From Halocafeteria seosinensis (Eukaryota), in assembly GCA_001687465.1 (NCBI GenBank), contig LVLI01000063.1:1-64000 (forward strand): DNA of 64,000 nt, in the 5' to 3' direction. Made by a program: the position numbers and the translations under genes. Position 1 is the first letter of the stretch. Each line of letters starts with the position of its first letter. Below the pieces are notes generated by a model. That model made no database searches and was not told the origin of the DNA. It saw nothing but the letters and a program-made list of their open reading frames with translations. Below are positions 12,129-23,789 of this stretch, piece after piece.

Positions 12129-12642
12129 TGCAGTCGTCAAGGCGGATCACAATAACCAATTTACTTTCTCGGTAGAGTATCTGCCACATCTGTACATAAT
12201 AGCAGCTTGTAAGAATACAGCAGAAGTTACAAGAAGTCGTCGCGAAGTGAAGGCAACTTATAGCTAGCTGCCGGTGGGCCATCAGTCACATCGTCGTCGT
12301 CGGCAACTTATACATAGGTCGGGTTCTGTCTCTCGTTCCCCATTTGTCCCCCTCATGCAGATCTTGAGATACACAGTACAATATGGCTCGTATACTGAAC
12401 AAAAATGTCACTCCCTGATGCCATTTCTTCCAATTCGAGTGCGGTTTTCTGGTTTTTGGTCTTTGATAGGGGTCAACTGTTATCCTGACGTACCTAGTGG
12501 GTCGGACACTGCTCTGGCTCCCCGTTGAAACTGGTGAGCGTACTTATTTCTTCCTGCATACCAATAGTTTATCCGTAGAAAGGCTATCTCTCTCGGTTCC
12601 AGAGCTTTGCTGCCGCGAGCCCGGGACACCCATGGGCCAACG

Positions 12643-12677
12643 TGCACCGTGCTGCACGGTCCGTGCAACGGCGTGCA
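12643..12677. repeat. GC-rich imperfect palindrome with perfect core TGCACGG-T-CCGTGCA (12653-12667)
   Basis: tgcaccgtgctgcacggtccgtgcaacggcgtgca read directly from the sequence. Confidence 0.7.
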
Positions 12678-12759
12678 TGTAAAATGCGGACAATCATTCC
12701 TTTGCGCATAGTTCATTTTAAATCATTTACAACCGAGCAAGCAACAAGTTGTTTTGAGC

Positions 12760-14760
12760 CTAGGGATGGTCGTGGTGATCAACCCATCTGGAAGTAGTGC
12801 GCGCGCAGCATGACGTGGTCACCCATCCGCGAGAAAGAAATAAGGACTGTGTAGTAGGCAGTGGTCGGTGAATCGGTGTAATATTGGTTTGGAGCCAATT
12901 AGCAGTGCTAACCCGTCGTCTTCTAACAGCCCCACGAGAACTCGAACGTCCCGACACTTTGGACAGAAGAGACGGCCAGTTTGAGACGACTCCTTGAATT
13001 TCTCACAAGACTGGTGTCCAACTTTCTTATTGAGAACATGTACAAGGAAGAGTCTTAGGGCAATACTGTAGAGTGTTTCCGGCTCCAAGAGAATCAAATT
13101 TTGACCCAGAGGACGCATTTATTCCCGGTTTGAGAGGGAACCCGGTTGCGGACATCCACTTTGGCGGGGAATGGCTGAATGGCAACTACTCTGTGCCTGT
13201 CGGTATGCAGGCTAGCCTTCTAAAGCAAAACAGTATGCGAAACGAGCGAAACAACATAATGTTGTTTCGTCGCAGGATAATGGGGATGCAATTGCGAAGA
13301 GTCACCCCAGAAGGGATTGTCTGGGATCCCCCGATAAGTCGGAAACGCGAACTATCCATCTCGAGTCACATATGCCATATGTATGCATACATATTGCAGG
13401 GATGTGTCCTTTAGCAGTACTGTTGGATGTCATCAGTGACGACAGCTTCACGGAATTCGGGGATAGGCTAAATTGTGGCGCTTACTTGTTTTTCATTCTT
13501 CACCAATGTTGAGAGCATTTCAGCGTCATCTAATGCGTCAGTTGAAGTAACATGGATCAACTCAGGAGTTTCAGGTAGAACTGCTTTGACCTCATTTGAT
13601 GCATTCTCCAGAGCCAGGAGGACGGTTTCGGTACCAGCTGATGCCCCGACGGAGTGCATGTACTCATCTTGGAGACCTGAGATTTGCTCCTGAGAGCTAC
13701 ATCATTGGGATGTCGTCCATGTATGCAAACACTTGACACACCTGTTACATATCCCGCAGCCATGTGTCACGCTGAAGTTCTCGTCCTTCCTGCGTTGTAA
13801 CCCTGGCTACCGTTATTGTTTGAGCTTGACCTGTAGATCGACATGTTCGGGAGCTTGCGAGAAGAATATTTCTTGGCCATCATAGAAGCTGCTACTCTGC
13901 TCACATTCAAGGCTTTTTTCAAGCCAATGGGCATCCACAGTCTCGTTGATCGAATCTGATTTCGACACTGTGATAAACACTGGACTCAGTATTTTAGCCA
14001 GTCAGAATGAATAGCGCCGACTGTCTGGCCATACACAAACGATATCTCTACTGTTGAAGATTTCAGCATCCACAAATTCAATATCCTGCGTCAATATTGT
14101 CACATGTACACCTGAATGGGTGCCAGGATTATCCATGGTCTTATAGTGATGAGCCTTTTGTCGTAGGCTCGGGAACAAGCTTTGGATTTCAGCTGCTACT
14201 TTGCCACTAACATTTGCTGAATGGAGGGTCCTATCGTCCCCCTTTTCGTGTTCTCGGGAGTTTTTCAATGTTTCGTGAAGGATAGTAAAGATGTCCTCAG
14301 GATCCATTGAAACAGCTCGGGGATAAACAGTATTCCTTTCCGGAAGCCAGTAATTCTGTTCATTTGGAAAGGGTAACTCCCCTTCGATCTCCATACTGCT
14401 TCTGTGTTGGCATCATTGCTGACGTACCCACGCATGAGGGCAAAAAACTGCTCCTCGAGAAGTGTGGTAAATGCCATACCGCACCCACACTTCAGCAGAT
14501 CTGTATCGTTGAGGTTACATTCACGCAAGCAATAAGTTGGTGGTTCAGTATTTCAAAATTATCCCCCATAATCGTAATAGCCGTTCTTGTTTTGGAAAAA
14601 GGAAGTCCATTCTTGCCAAGGTCCACTTCAATACTGTACGAAGTGCTGTGCTTGCGGAAGGGGCTCATCCAATTCTCTTCGCTTTGCGGGCGAGTCGCGC
14701 CGTGCTATCCGGTTCTTAAGGCCTGCTGAGAGCAGACAACACATTGAAAGCTTGGGAATA
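12760..14760 (-). pseudogene. Heavily decayed coding remnant, probably a second SAMD9-like paralog
   Basis: Chain of short same-strand ORFs (14528-14265, 14394-14002, in-frame continuation after TGA, 13659-13468, 13118-12819) separated by stops and frameshifts. Contains IVCVWPD..F*LAKIL, SSFYDGQEI, LQRDTWL and HSVGASAGTETVLLAL. Boundaries are uncertain. Confidence 0.45.
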
Positions 14761-15197
14761 CATATGTTCAGTTGCTAGATGAGTTCCCGAGGAAAACAGT
14801 ACTAGTTGTACAAGTGGGAACTTCTCAAGCTCGGTGACTCGTGTGGAACGTATGCTTCCTCAGTCGCCCGATTCGTGGTCGTATATCCTCTTTCCACGTG
14901 CATGGGAGCTTTCCATTTTCATACCATTACGAGGCTCGATCGACTGGATAGGGGCTCGGCAAATAGTGGTCACACGTGTTTACTGTTCTCGAAACGGCGT
15001 GCCCGCTGGCCAAGACGGAAAACACTGATCTCCGGCGGATGGCCTAATCATTGCCCTAATTTAGAGCAGTAGTGGATGCCAGTCTTGGGTCGTCAACCTC
15101 AATAGAATGGAAGAGTAATACAGAGCTTGTGCTATATATTTTTGTGCGTGCCCAATATCGCTTTCACCCTTCGTTACAGACCAAGAACAACGCTATC

Positions 15198-16745
15198 ATG
15201 GCGTCTGAAAAGGACGATGTGGAGATCGAGCTTACGCAGGATCAGGAGCAATACGAGGCTTCTCCATCTGAAGCTCAAGATGCAGAGAAAAATGAGGAGA
15301 ACTCTACTGAACGGACAAGAGTAAAGCGCACTCAAAGGAGGGACTCTGTGCTATCGATAGATGGAGAATGGCTGGAGGATTTTGAAGAAAAGCTCGAGGA
15401 TAGCACAACAGAGGACTTGTTGGACTGCCTCCAGCATGCTAATGGGAAGGAGCTTGCAGCTGCTCTTCAGGATCGTATGAGTAGTGTTCAGCGAATGGCA
15501 TTGTTTCGAGCTGTCGGTACCAGCTGGGAACGCGTGAGATACTTCCCCTATCTTCGGTCATCGGAAGTGGCATTGATTTTCCGAGACCTTCATATGGATC
15601 AAATACAGGAGATAATGGAGAGCCTCAATGGTGCATATCGATTCGAATTACTACAGGAATTACCCCAGGAAACGACGAATAAGATCGTGTCGCTCCTGTC
15701 GGAAGAGGAGCTAACTGCTATCAGATACTATGACAACTATCCAAAGGATTCCATAGGACGAGCCATGAAACCGGTTGGTTCAGTGCCGGTGCTGAAGAAA
15801 GGGACAACGTTGGGAGAAGCGTTCAGTGTGTTCTCCAAGGGAGAATGGGACATTTCATCGAAATTTGCGCTGATTCCCATAGTTGATGAAGATGGTATGT
15901 TTCTAGGAGCTTTGCGGCTCCAGCGAGTATTCGAAATTGCATTTGAATCAGAGGATGTGCAATCGACGTTAGTAGATGATGTGATGGGATCCGTGGAATT
16001 ATCTATTTCTCCGGAAGAAGATGCTGAAGAGGTTTTGACAAAAATGAAAAACCGGAAGGTTCAGGCGGCTCCTGTGATCGACGGCCAAGGTGTCTTGGTC
16101 GGTGTTGTCAACTCTCAGACTCTTTTCTCGTTATACGAAAAACAAGCATTGCATCGTTTTGAGATGTTTTCCTCGGTTGAGCCTTTAGAAGGAAGTTTCT
16201 CGAAGACTACAGTGATGCACCTTGTACGGAAACGTGTTTTCTGGCTGTTGTTGTTGTTGGTCATCAATGTTGGGACAGCCTTCATAATTGGGGCATTCGA
16301 AGAGGAACTGGCCGCAAATATCGTCCTAGCTTCATTCATGCCTTTGATAGCGGGTCTGGGTGGAAACACTGGTTCTCAGTCTGCGGCAATCATGATCCAC
16401 AGTTTAGCGGCAAAAGATTTGGCCATCACTGATTATTTCCACGCTTTGAAAAAGGAGCTTATCGTCGGAACCTTCATTGCTATTGTATTAGCCGCAGCGG
16501 GGTGGTTATTAGGATTCATCAGAGGTGACATCGATATTGGTTTTGTGTTGGGTCTCTCGCTGCTCTTCATAGTGTGCATTTCAAATTTTATCGGGTTCTC
16601 ACTTCCTTTCATAGCAGGCATCCTGAAGGTTGATGCAGCCGCTGTAAGTGGACCTATGGTCACCACCGTGATTGATATGATTGGAGTGAGCCTCTACTTT
16701 GCGTTTGCGATGGCTATACTAGAGTCTACGGAAGATGACGTCTGA
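15198..16745 (+). CDS. mgtE: MgtE-family Mg2+ transporter, second copy, intronless
   Basis: First ATG at 15198 (MASEKDD). YPKDSIGRAM, CBS pair, RKRVFWLLLL, GLGGNTGSQ, GPMVTTVID. Confidence 0.93.
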   Translation: MASEKDDVEIELTQDQEQYEASPSEAQDAEKNEENSTERTRVKRTQRRDSVLSIDGEWLEDFEEKLEDSTTEDLLDCLQHANGKELAAALQDRMSSVQRMALFRAVGTSWERVRYFPYLRSSEVALIFRDLHMDQIQEIMESLNGAYRFELLQELPQETTNKIVSLLSEEELTAIRYYDNYPKDSIGRAMKPVGSVPVLKKGTTLGEAFSVFSKGEWDISSKFALIPIVDEDGMFLGALRLQRVFEIAFESEDVQSTLVDDVMGSVELSISPEEDAEEVLTKMKNRKVQAAPVIDGQGVLVGVVNSQTLFSLYEKQALHRFEMFSSVEPLEGSFSKTTVMHLVRKRVFWLLLLLVINVGTAFIIGAFEEELAANIVLASFMPLIAGLGGNTGSQSAAIMIHSLAAKDLAITDYFHALKKELIVGTFIAIVLAAAGWLLGFIRGDIDIGFVLGLSLLFIVCISNFIGFSLPFIAGILKVDAAAVSGPMVTTVIDMIGVSLYFAFAMAILESTEDDV

Positions 16746-17144
16746 TCGTAATGAGAAGCGCACAATACAGTTATATCTCCCTAAAATGTGTCCCTAAAGT
16801 TTGATTTCATCCTCCATTGTATTTCGCCCATTCAAGTTTCTTCAGTCACGTTAAAAGTACCAATAATTACATGCAATTCTCTCTTGGGGACTTTGACCGT
16901 CTTGATCGCCGTTTCCAGGTACAAGTACCGTACAACCGCACCTTCCTCGGACATTGAAGTTGTAGGAAGTGGGCGACGGTCGCCGACGGACTAATGTCTC
17001 CCAGTGCTTGGCACTGCAAGTCGGCAGGTAATTAAACTTAAATTGTGGGGCTTGATTCTACGTTGGCAAGTACTACCTCGTGTGTGAGTGCTGGATGAAA
17101 GATATCCGAGTGAAACAGTATGCGTTAACGTTGCGATCGTCGTC

Positions 17145-17975
17145 ATGAGCCAACACAATTCCAACGAGGAAGCTGCACCAACACAATGTCAAAGTCCGGG
17201 ATCGGAAAAGCCCGTCGTGTGGACCAATAAGGTAGACTATGGCGAGCCATATGGAGAGCGTTTCCGAGCATTCGTCACAGCGAACAGAGATGAGCAAGAG
17301 ACATCTAACGACCGCCGTGATAACCGCGGCAGTTGTAGTTCAAATGGCACAGAGCATCGAAATCAGCATTTTTACCATGGAAATACAGGTACATGATGTG
17401 TTCGCTTAACTACTTGTAGTGTTGTGGGTATCTTCGAGCGATGGTGTTTCTTTTTTCCAGGATCACGATCGCTCCCTGCAGACCCCATGGAATATGTGAG
17501 ACAGAAGAGAAATGAATCAAGAGAGAGAAGAGACATGCTAAAAGTGCGTGGACACAGCGCTGAAATGTGCTCGCTCGTTGTAGGGTCACTGGTCCTCTTT
17601 GTCTTGACGTTTTGCTTTCTGGCAGCATAAATTGGAACGATACCAGGAAACCATTCGGAACCGTATACAGGAGCAAGAAGCATTGTGTACGTACTTACTT
17701 AAGAAAGGTTCATAAATGTATTTGAAAGTCATGATTTGGTAGGAACTGCAAATACAGTGGAAAAGGAAACCCAATATAAGAACACAGAGAATAATGAAAA
17801 TGCTGCCGCTGGCGAGAAGAATGAAGGAAACCTGACCAGAATCCCAAGTGTCAAGTCTCATACATCTCAACAGAAAGAAAATGGAGGGGCTATGCAGTAC
17901 TCCTCTCAGTCTAGCAGAGGATCCTCAGCCTCTACTATGGAAGGAAAACAAGATAGTTCTCGTCGGAAGCACTGA
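17145..17975 (+). CDS. Hypothetical hydrophilic protein, spliced; 3' end uncertain
   Basis: ATG at 17145 and plausible GT-AG introns (about 17388-17460, 17544-17625, 17686-17742) linking charged exons. No family recognised. Confidence 0.4.
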
Positions 17976-18552
17976 CTGCTTAGCTTCTGCCGATCGTAAA
18001 CCAACTACAATTATAAAAAATTGTATGAACAACCGTTGGTCTATTGCGTTGTCATGACATTTATCGTTGCGCATTTTTGATTGGTGCAAATGGCCGGTAT
18101 CATCAGATCCTGCGTGCCGCTCGCCCGGGTACTTTCATTTCTACCGTATACCAAACAACGCATAGTTTCAGAACAAGTACAATTGTGCTTCGTATCACAA
18201 TTTTGACACCTCTATCGTTCGTTCTGTAATGCAACCAATTTGGAATGGCAAAAGTGTATCGACCATCTTAGATTGTGTGCTCGTGGTTGATGCCACTTTG
18301 TTCAGTCTTGAATGCGAATTCCACCCGTGGTTGAAGTTGCCACCAGAAAAAATTTGTCCCAGGTTTCAAATGCGCACAGTTTCTGTATCATGTATTTGTG
18401 TAGTGTTGGCAGCAGCTCTAAAGTAACTCGTAAAAGACAGTCTCGTGGGGAAGTCTCAATTATTCGTTTCTTGCACCATATAGCTGCTGTGACGGCATAT
18501 AGCACATAGAAGCAGGTGTTCTATTTTTCGCTATAGGGTATTGAAGAGAACC

Positions 18553-19384
18553 ATGGCAACCGCATTAAAGCGCATTCTACGGGTATGTGAAGGTTTTTCA
18601 TCCGTATTAGACTCAGATGCAGTCTCCATGGCTTTTTGACTAATAAGGAAAGGGTATGGAACAGTAGTGAACTGGACAGGGGAAAAGAGTGTTTTTGTTG
18701 TTTCCTGGAAGGGGGTGTTATAGGGGAGCTACAGTCGCTTCAAGGAGCTCAAGAATTTTGATGGCAGATTATAACTGGGATAAAAATGGGCTAAATACGT
18801 TCAAAACTCGAATTCTCTGTGTTAGGGTGCAGGAGCAAAAAAATCTCCGGGAAGAGGAACAGTCAGACGAAGGATGGTTTGCGCTACCCATGGAAGATGA
18901 CCCCGAGGTGAATTGGATGGATTTCGCTGTTGATATATGTGGTCCGGAGCACTACTTAACGAATCCTAAGGGAGAAGATCAGCAGCGATCATCTCCGTAT
19001 GCGGAGGGTATGTTTAAGTTACAAATCACTCTAGAGAACAGCTATCCACAGGTGCCTCCAAAAATTAAATTCATCACGAAATGCTGGCACCCTAATATCA
19101 ATTTCGAAGACGGGAAAGTATGTGCTGATTTCCTTACTGAGAATTGGAAGTCTACTATGGGATTAAGAGATGTGCTGGTTTCTGTAAGGAATCTTTTAGC
19201 GCAACCAAATGGATGTAAGTCACTCGTGAAGTATATACCCGAGCTTCGGTCTTACACCTGGTGGTATTGTTGACCCAACGCAGCTGATAATATTAACCAA
19301 GAAGCGGCTAGAGAGTTAACACAGGATCCTGATGCCTTTGATAAGCATGCTAAACAGGAAACAGAAAAACATGCCGCTGTTTAA
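18553..19384 (+). CDS. Ubiquitin-conjugating enzyme E2, two introns
   Basis: MATALKRILR / EQKNL...SPYAEGMF...YPQVPPKIKFITKCWHPNI..GKVC (catalytic Cys)..W..TMGLRDVL..LLAQPN; stop at 19382-19384. Confidence 0.93.
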
Positions 19385-19782
19385 TACATACATGTTGTGG
19401 AGCGTGGACTGGCATTCGTTTGCCAGGGCAGATGGTAGAAAATTACATCATGCGATACTTGTAGCGTGCTTCTTGTTTGTTCTAATAGGTGAGAAATCTT
19501 CCTTAATAGGCCAGTTCCCAATCGGATATGCGGATATGGCTTAACAGTAGCAGAATGCACATGAGTTTTGATGCGCAAGTGTAGCAGTCGTCGTATTGTT
19601 GTTCTCTCTCATGCAGTTCTGCCGTCTGAGGAGAACTACCATGCAGTTTCAAGAACATGTTTCTCCACTATGAGCGACCGATGCGAAGTTGAAATTGCCG
19701 CAGGTGCAGCCGGCCTTAAACTAACATACTGTAGAGCATTAGTCTCGTTGCATTATAATTTCATGTACCATAAACATAGACA

Positions 19783-21762
19783 ATGATGGCTTTGCGAAGG
19801 CGTAAGTCTTTGTCGAGGCTGGTGGAAAGATATGTCAGAGGAGAAACCTGGCCCAGAGCTTTGATTCAGTTCACGCGACAGCGACAGGGCTCCACTTCGG
19901 CAGACGAGAGCTACTACCCACGATGGATGCTAGCTGCCTCATGTTTAAGTTTCGCCACCACACTAGGATATGCATGGTGTGAACAAGGTGGAGAAGAAAC
20001 TTCATGGGGCTCTTATCAGTACCAAACAGATCAACATGTGATTTCGAAAAGTACGAACAGTGGCATTGGGTGGGTGCAACAATGTCGCAACACGTTATTC
20101 TTGTATCTCTGCAGCTATACAAGATATCAGATCTGTTGTGGGAGAGGAAAATATAGAGACAGATATAGAAAGTACCGAGGAATACCAGAAGGAGAGCTGG
20201 AGTTACCACTCCGGCGTATCTCCACATTGCGTTGTGTATCCACATACGACGGAGGAAGTGCAACGTATTGTTAAGCTTTGCAACGATGCAAGAATTCCTG
20301 TTATTCCCTATGGTGGCGGCACTGCGCTAGAAGGTCACACAGTCTCAAGATTTAAGGCGGTATACCTGAACTTCCGCGAACGTATGCAAGACATTCTGGA
20401 ATTCAATGAGGGAGACATGGATGTTCGAGTCCAACCAGGTACGAGAGGCTACAGAGTTTAGTGGTTAGTCGGAATGATTATCCGCTTGGCATTGCTGCAG
20501 GAATAACTTGGCAGGAGCTAAACCAACAGTTGGCAAGACACAAGCAGTTCTTTGCCGTGGATCCAGGGCCTGGAGCCACGATTGGGGGTATGGTATGTTG
20601 GAGACTGTCAGCGGAATTGCTTGCTGGTTAAACAGGACTTAGAAACAATTAAGATACAGGTAAATACAGGTTGTTCTGGGACCAACGCTGTGCGGTATGG
20701 TACAATGCGTCAGCACGTGCTCAATTTGACGGTAGTGACTTCAGACGGAAGGGTGATAAAGACTGCACAGCGAGCGCGGAAAACAAGTGCTGGGTATGAC
20801 TTGACGAGCTTAGTTGTCGGGAGCGAGGGTTCACTGGGAATCGTAACGGAAGCAACGCTGCGTTTACAACCCGTTCCAGCGCAAACAGCTGTTGCAGTAA
20901 TACCTTTTTCATCCATCGGCGATGCTTCGAAGACTGTACAACAAATCGTCCAACAAGGTATACAAGTCCAGTGTTGCGAAATACTCGACGACTGGATGAT
21001 GCGGGCAATTAATTGCTCGTCTTCATTCAATTACGAGGAGACCCCGACTTTATTTATTAAGTTTGCCGGTCATGAAAATCAGGTAAATTGGGACGCAGCC
21101 AAAACTCGTGAGATTGCAGTCTCCAATAAGGGGGGACACTTTAGCTGGAGTACAGATGAATCCGAAAAAGAATCGCTATGGGAAGCAAGAAAGATTTGCT
21201 TGTGGTCGGCCCCGGTTTTGAGGGAGCGGTATTCGAAGCAAGGTGGGGATACTCCACGTTATCGGCAGCTCCCGCCCGAGGACTTCGGAAATTTGGACAC
21301 CCAAGTATGGATCACAGATGTCTGCGTACCAATTTCCTGTCTACCTCAAGCAATAGAGGACACCAAGAGAGACCTTGACAATTCGCGGCTGCTTGGTACG
21401 TCTCACCTTACTATTCCCAACGTTGCGAACTACGGTGTCTTTCAAATACAAGCTTACATGTTGCAGCTCCTATCGTAGGACATGCCGGTGATGGGAACTA
21501 TCATGTCTTCCTCCTCATGGAGGGAGGTTCCAAAAAAGACCTAGAAGAAGCGCAAGCGCTCAACAGGCGTATGATCGAGAGGGCGATTATACTGGGAGGA
21601 ACTTGTACAGGAGAACACGGAGTCGGCGTTGGTAAGCGTGGTTACTTAGTGGGCGAACTGGGAGCCCCAGCGCTAGAGCTGATGCGAACCTTGAAGCGGT
21701 GCATGGACCCCCACGGCATACTGAATCCTGGAAAGATACTGGACGACAAGTTTGCACCTTAG
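19783..21762 (+). CDS. LDHD: FAD-linked D-lactate dehydrogenase (cytochrome), mitochondrial type, spliced
   Basis: PYGGGTALEGH, VDPGPGATIGGM, GTNAVRYGTM, KTSAGYDLT, GHAGDGNYH, GTCTGEHGVG, DPHGILNPGK; Arg-rich presequence. Confidence 0.92.
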
Positions 21763-21793
21763 ATTTATTTCCCCACACAATCGACGATTTTGC

Positions 21794-23052
21794 TTAATCT
21801 CGCCATTCTTCATCTTGCGGAATCGTACTACGCTTTTGGTAATCCCGAATCACAGGATTCCACACCATGTCTTCATCTTGAGAGGGGTCGGCCGGATTGA
21901 ATGAAAACAATGGGCCGTTCCCTGTTTGGGAGTTTTTCTTTTGTTCCTTTGCGAGTCTTGCACGCTTTGTCTTCCTGCCTTCCATTAATTGTTCTTCCTC
22001 CGGGGAAGTCCCCAAGACGGCTAATTCCTCACTCTGAGCACCATTGTAAGACTGCGAAGAAGCTCGCTTATTCATCGCCGAGCCTTCCACTTGAGAGGCT
22101 ACGGACTTCAATTGATAGCCTCCATTCTCCAATTTGGAGAGTTCCGCCGTGCAATGCAAGAAGTCATTGCATTCTGTTAGTTTTTCGTCCGTGTGTTGTA
22201 TCTCTCGCTGACAGTCTTCAATTTTCAAGTTTAGTGTCGTAAGCAACTCTTGTCGTAGGGATGAGTTTTCTACTGCGCACACCTTTTTATTATTCGCAAC
22301 GTGCTCTATTTCGTCCAATGTTTTCAAAAAGTCATTCAATTCCTCCCAGGATTCGATCTCCTCAATGGGCTTGGACAACGTCCCAGCTAAGTCTTCCGGT
22401 ACCTCTTCGGCGTATTTCTCGTTACACCACCGAGTTACGTCGTAGCGGAAGTTAGCATCTGCGAGCATTTCATTAAGAGAGGCGCCAGCGCACCGTGTAG
22501 TAGCGGACGGTACCTTGTCCAAAGAAACCAGCTCCTTTCGAGAACCACTTCGACGAGATGCACCATCCAGCTTTGCGGTGGCAGATGGATTATCCAACGC
22601 ATCATTGATCGTTTGCAACATTGATTTCGAAACAACTTCTCTCTCTTGCCAAACGTTAGTCATGCGCTTTAGCTTTTGTTGCAGTTTTGGGGAAATGCTC
22701 AGCGCACGTTGGAAGGCTGTTGGCATTTTCTGCAGTAAAAACGCACGAACATAATTCGGAATTCCCTACTGGAAAAAGCACGTGGCGCACGTGTCATACG
22801 TACTTCGGCAAAAGACAAGATATACTGCTGCTGCTTCTTTGCTTTGGCTTTCTGCATCACATCATTCGCGACATACAAGAGCGGCAGTAACTTCTCCTCG
22901 GATTTCGTTGAGCACATAGAGTTAAACACAGCCTCCCAGGTCTGTACACAGTCCTCCGGAGTCATCATCATCATGTACCGGGAGACACCCATGATTTTAT
23001 CCTGCGTAGCCTCGATTTGATGGAGATGTCGAGTCAGTGTTTCCGTGCTCAT
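21794..23052 (-). CDS. RNA Pol II CTD-interacting (CID) domain protein, RPRD1/Rtt103-like, one intron
   Basis: TQDKIMGVS...LPLLYVANDVMQ, W.ER.V, followed by coiled coil. Confidence 0.8.
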
Positions 23053-23360
23053 TATTTTCGATTCCTTTTAGTTATTTCAAGTCTGCTCACACAACTAGGC
23101 CAAAATTGATCCAAATAGGTACAAGGGAAACAATGACACCAACATGTGCATCCATTTTAATTCTTACTTGGTGTACGTGATAGTGTGTATAATGCCTGTT
23201 TCAGATCCAGGGGATTTACTGCATGGCGTAGGCTTCCTTTCCTCCTTTTTCTGTCCATTCACTCCTTTTTTCAGAGCAGTCCACACCGATATCAGACAGC
23301 CGATACAATGTACAAAGCGAATAACGAAATTCAATGAGACCACAGATCGAAGGCTCATCA

Positions 23361-23530
23361 GGGTCATCCAGCAAATGTGGATGGACGCTGCGTTCGGTCG
23401 GGCCCGGCCGGGTCTTCGGCCCGGATAGTGGGAAGCGAACGACCTCCAGAGTCCATTAAGCTGGTTTTCGACAGTAATGGGATATATTTTTTGTGGCATT
23501 TTTCAATGCGGGTAGCCAAGCTTGCCCGGA
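23361..23530 (+). ncRNA. Candidate structured non-coding RNA (unassigned), strand tentative
   Basis: Nested stems atggac/gtccat, cgttcg/cgaacg, a cUUCGg-capped GC stem, then AUUUUUUG followed by two small hairpins. Confidence 0.35.
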
Positions 23531-23789
23531 TGTGTGTGTTGTGAGGTGGATCGCGGTTTGCAATTCGGGATAGTTTTCACGTCAGAGAGCAATTTATCGA
23601 GGAATTTGTTGACAAGAAGCGTCATTTACCAATTATTTCAGACAAGTACTAGCTCCAATATTCACGTTACTAGGAGGGATCAGTACTCTCGGAAGCTTTG
23701 ACGCACGCTAAGATCCGATGTCGTAGGGAAAGGTTCATTTTCGTCGTCGCCAGGTGGTAACGTGAAGGGCTATCTATCATACAGCAACA

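Noticed and set aside
13073..13414. His-Me finger endonuclease suggested by SHICH on the + strand
   Set aside because: The downstream Cys/His/Asn pattern is absent, and the ORF lies antisense to the decayed minus-strand gene.
6646..21762. Functional cluster of cytochrome c with D-lactate dehydrogenase
   Set aside because: They are 12 kb apart with unrelated genes between; chance proximity is likely.
23330..23475. Hammerhead ribozyme (CUGAUGA and CGAAA on the minus strand)
   Set aside because: Stem II cannot form between the two core motifs.
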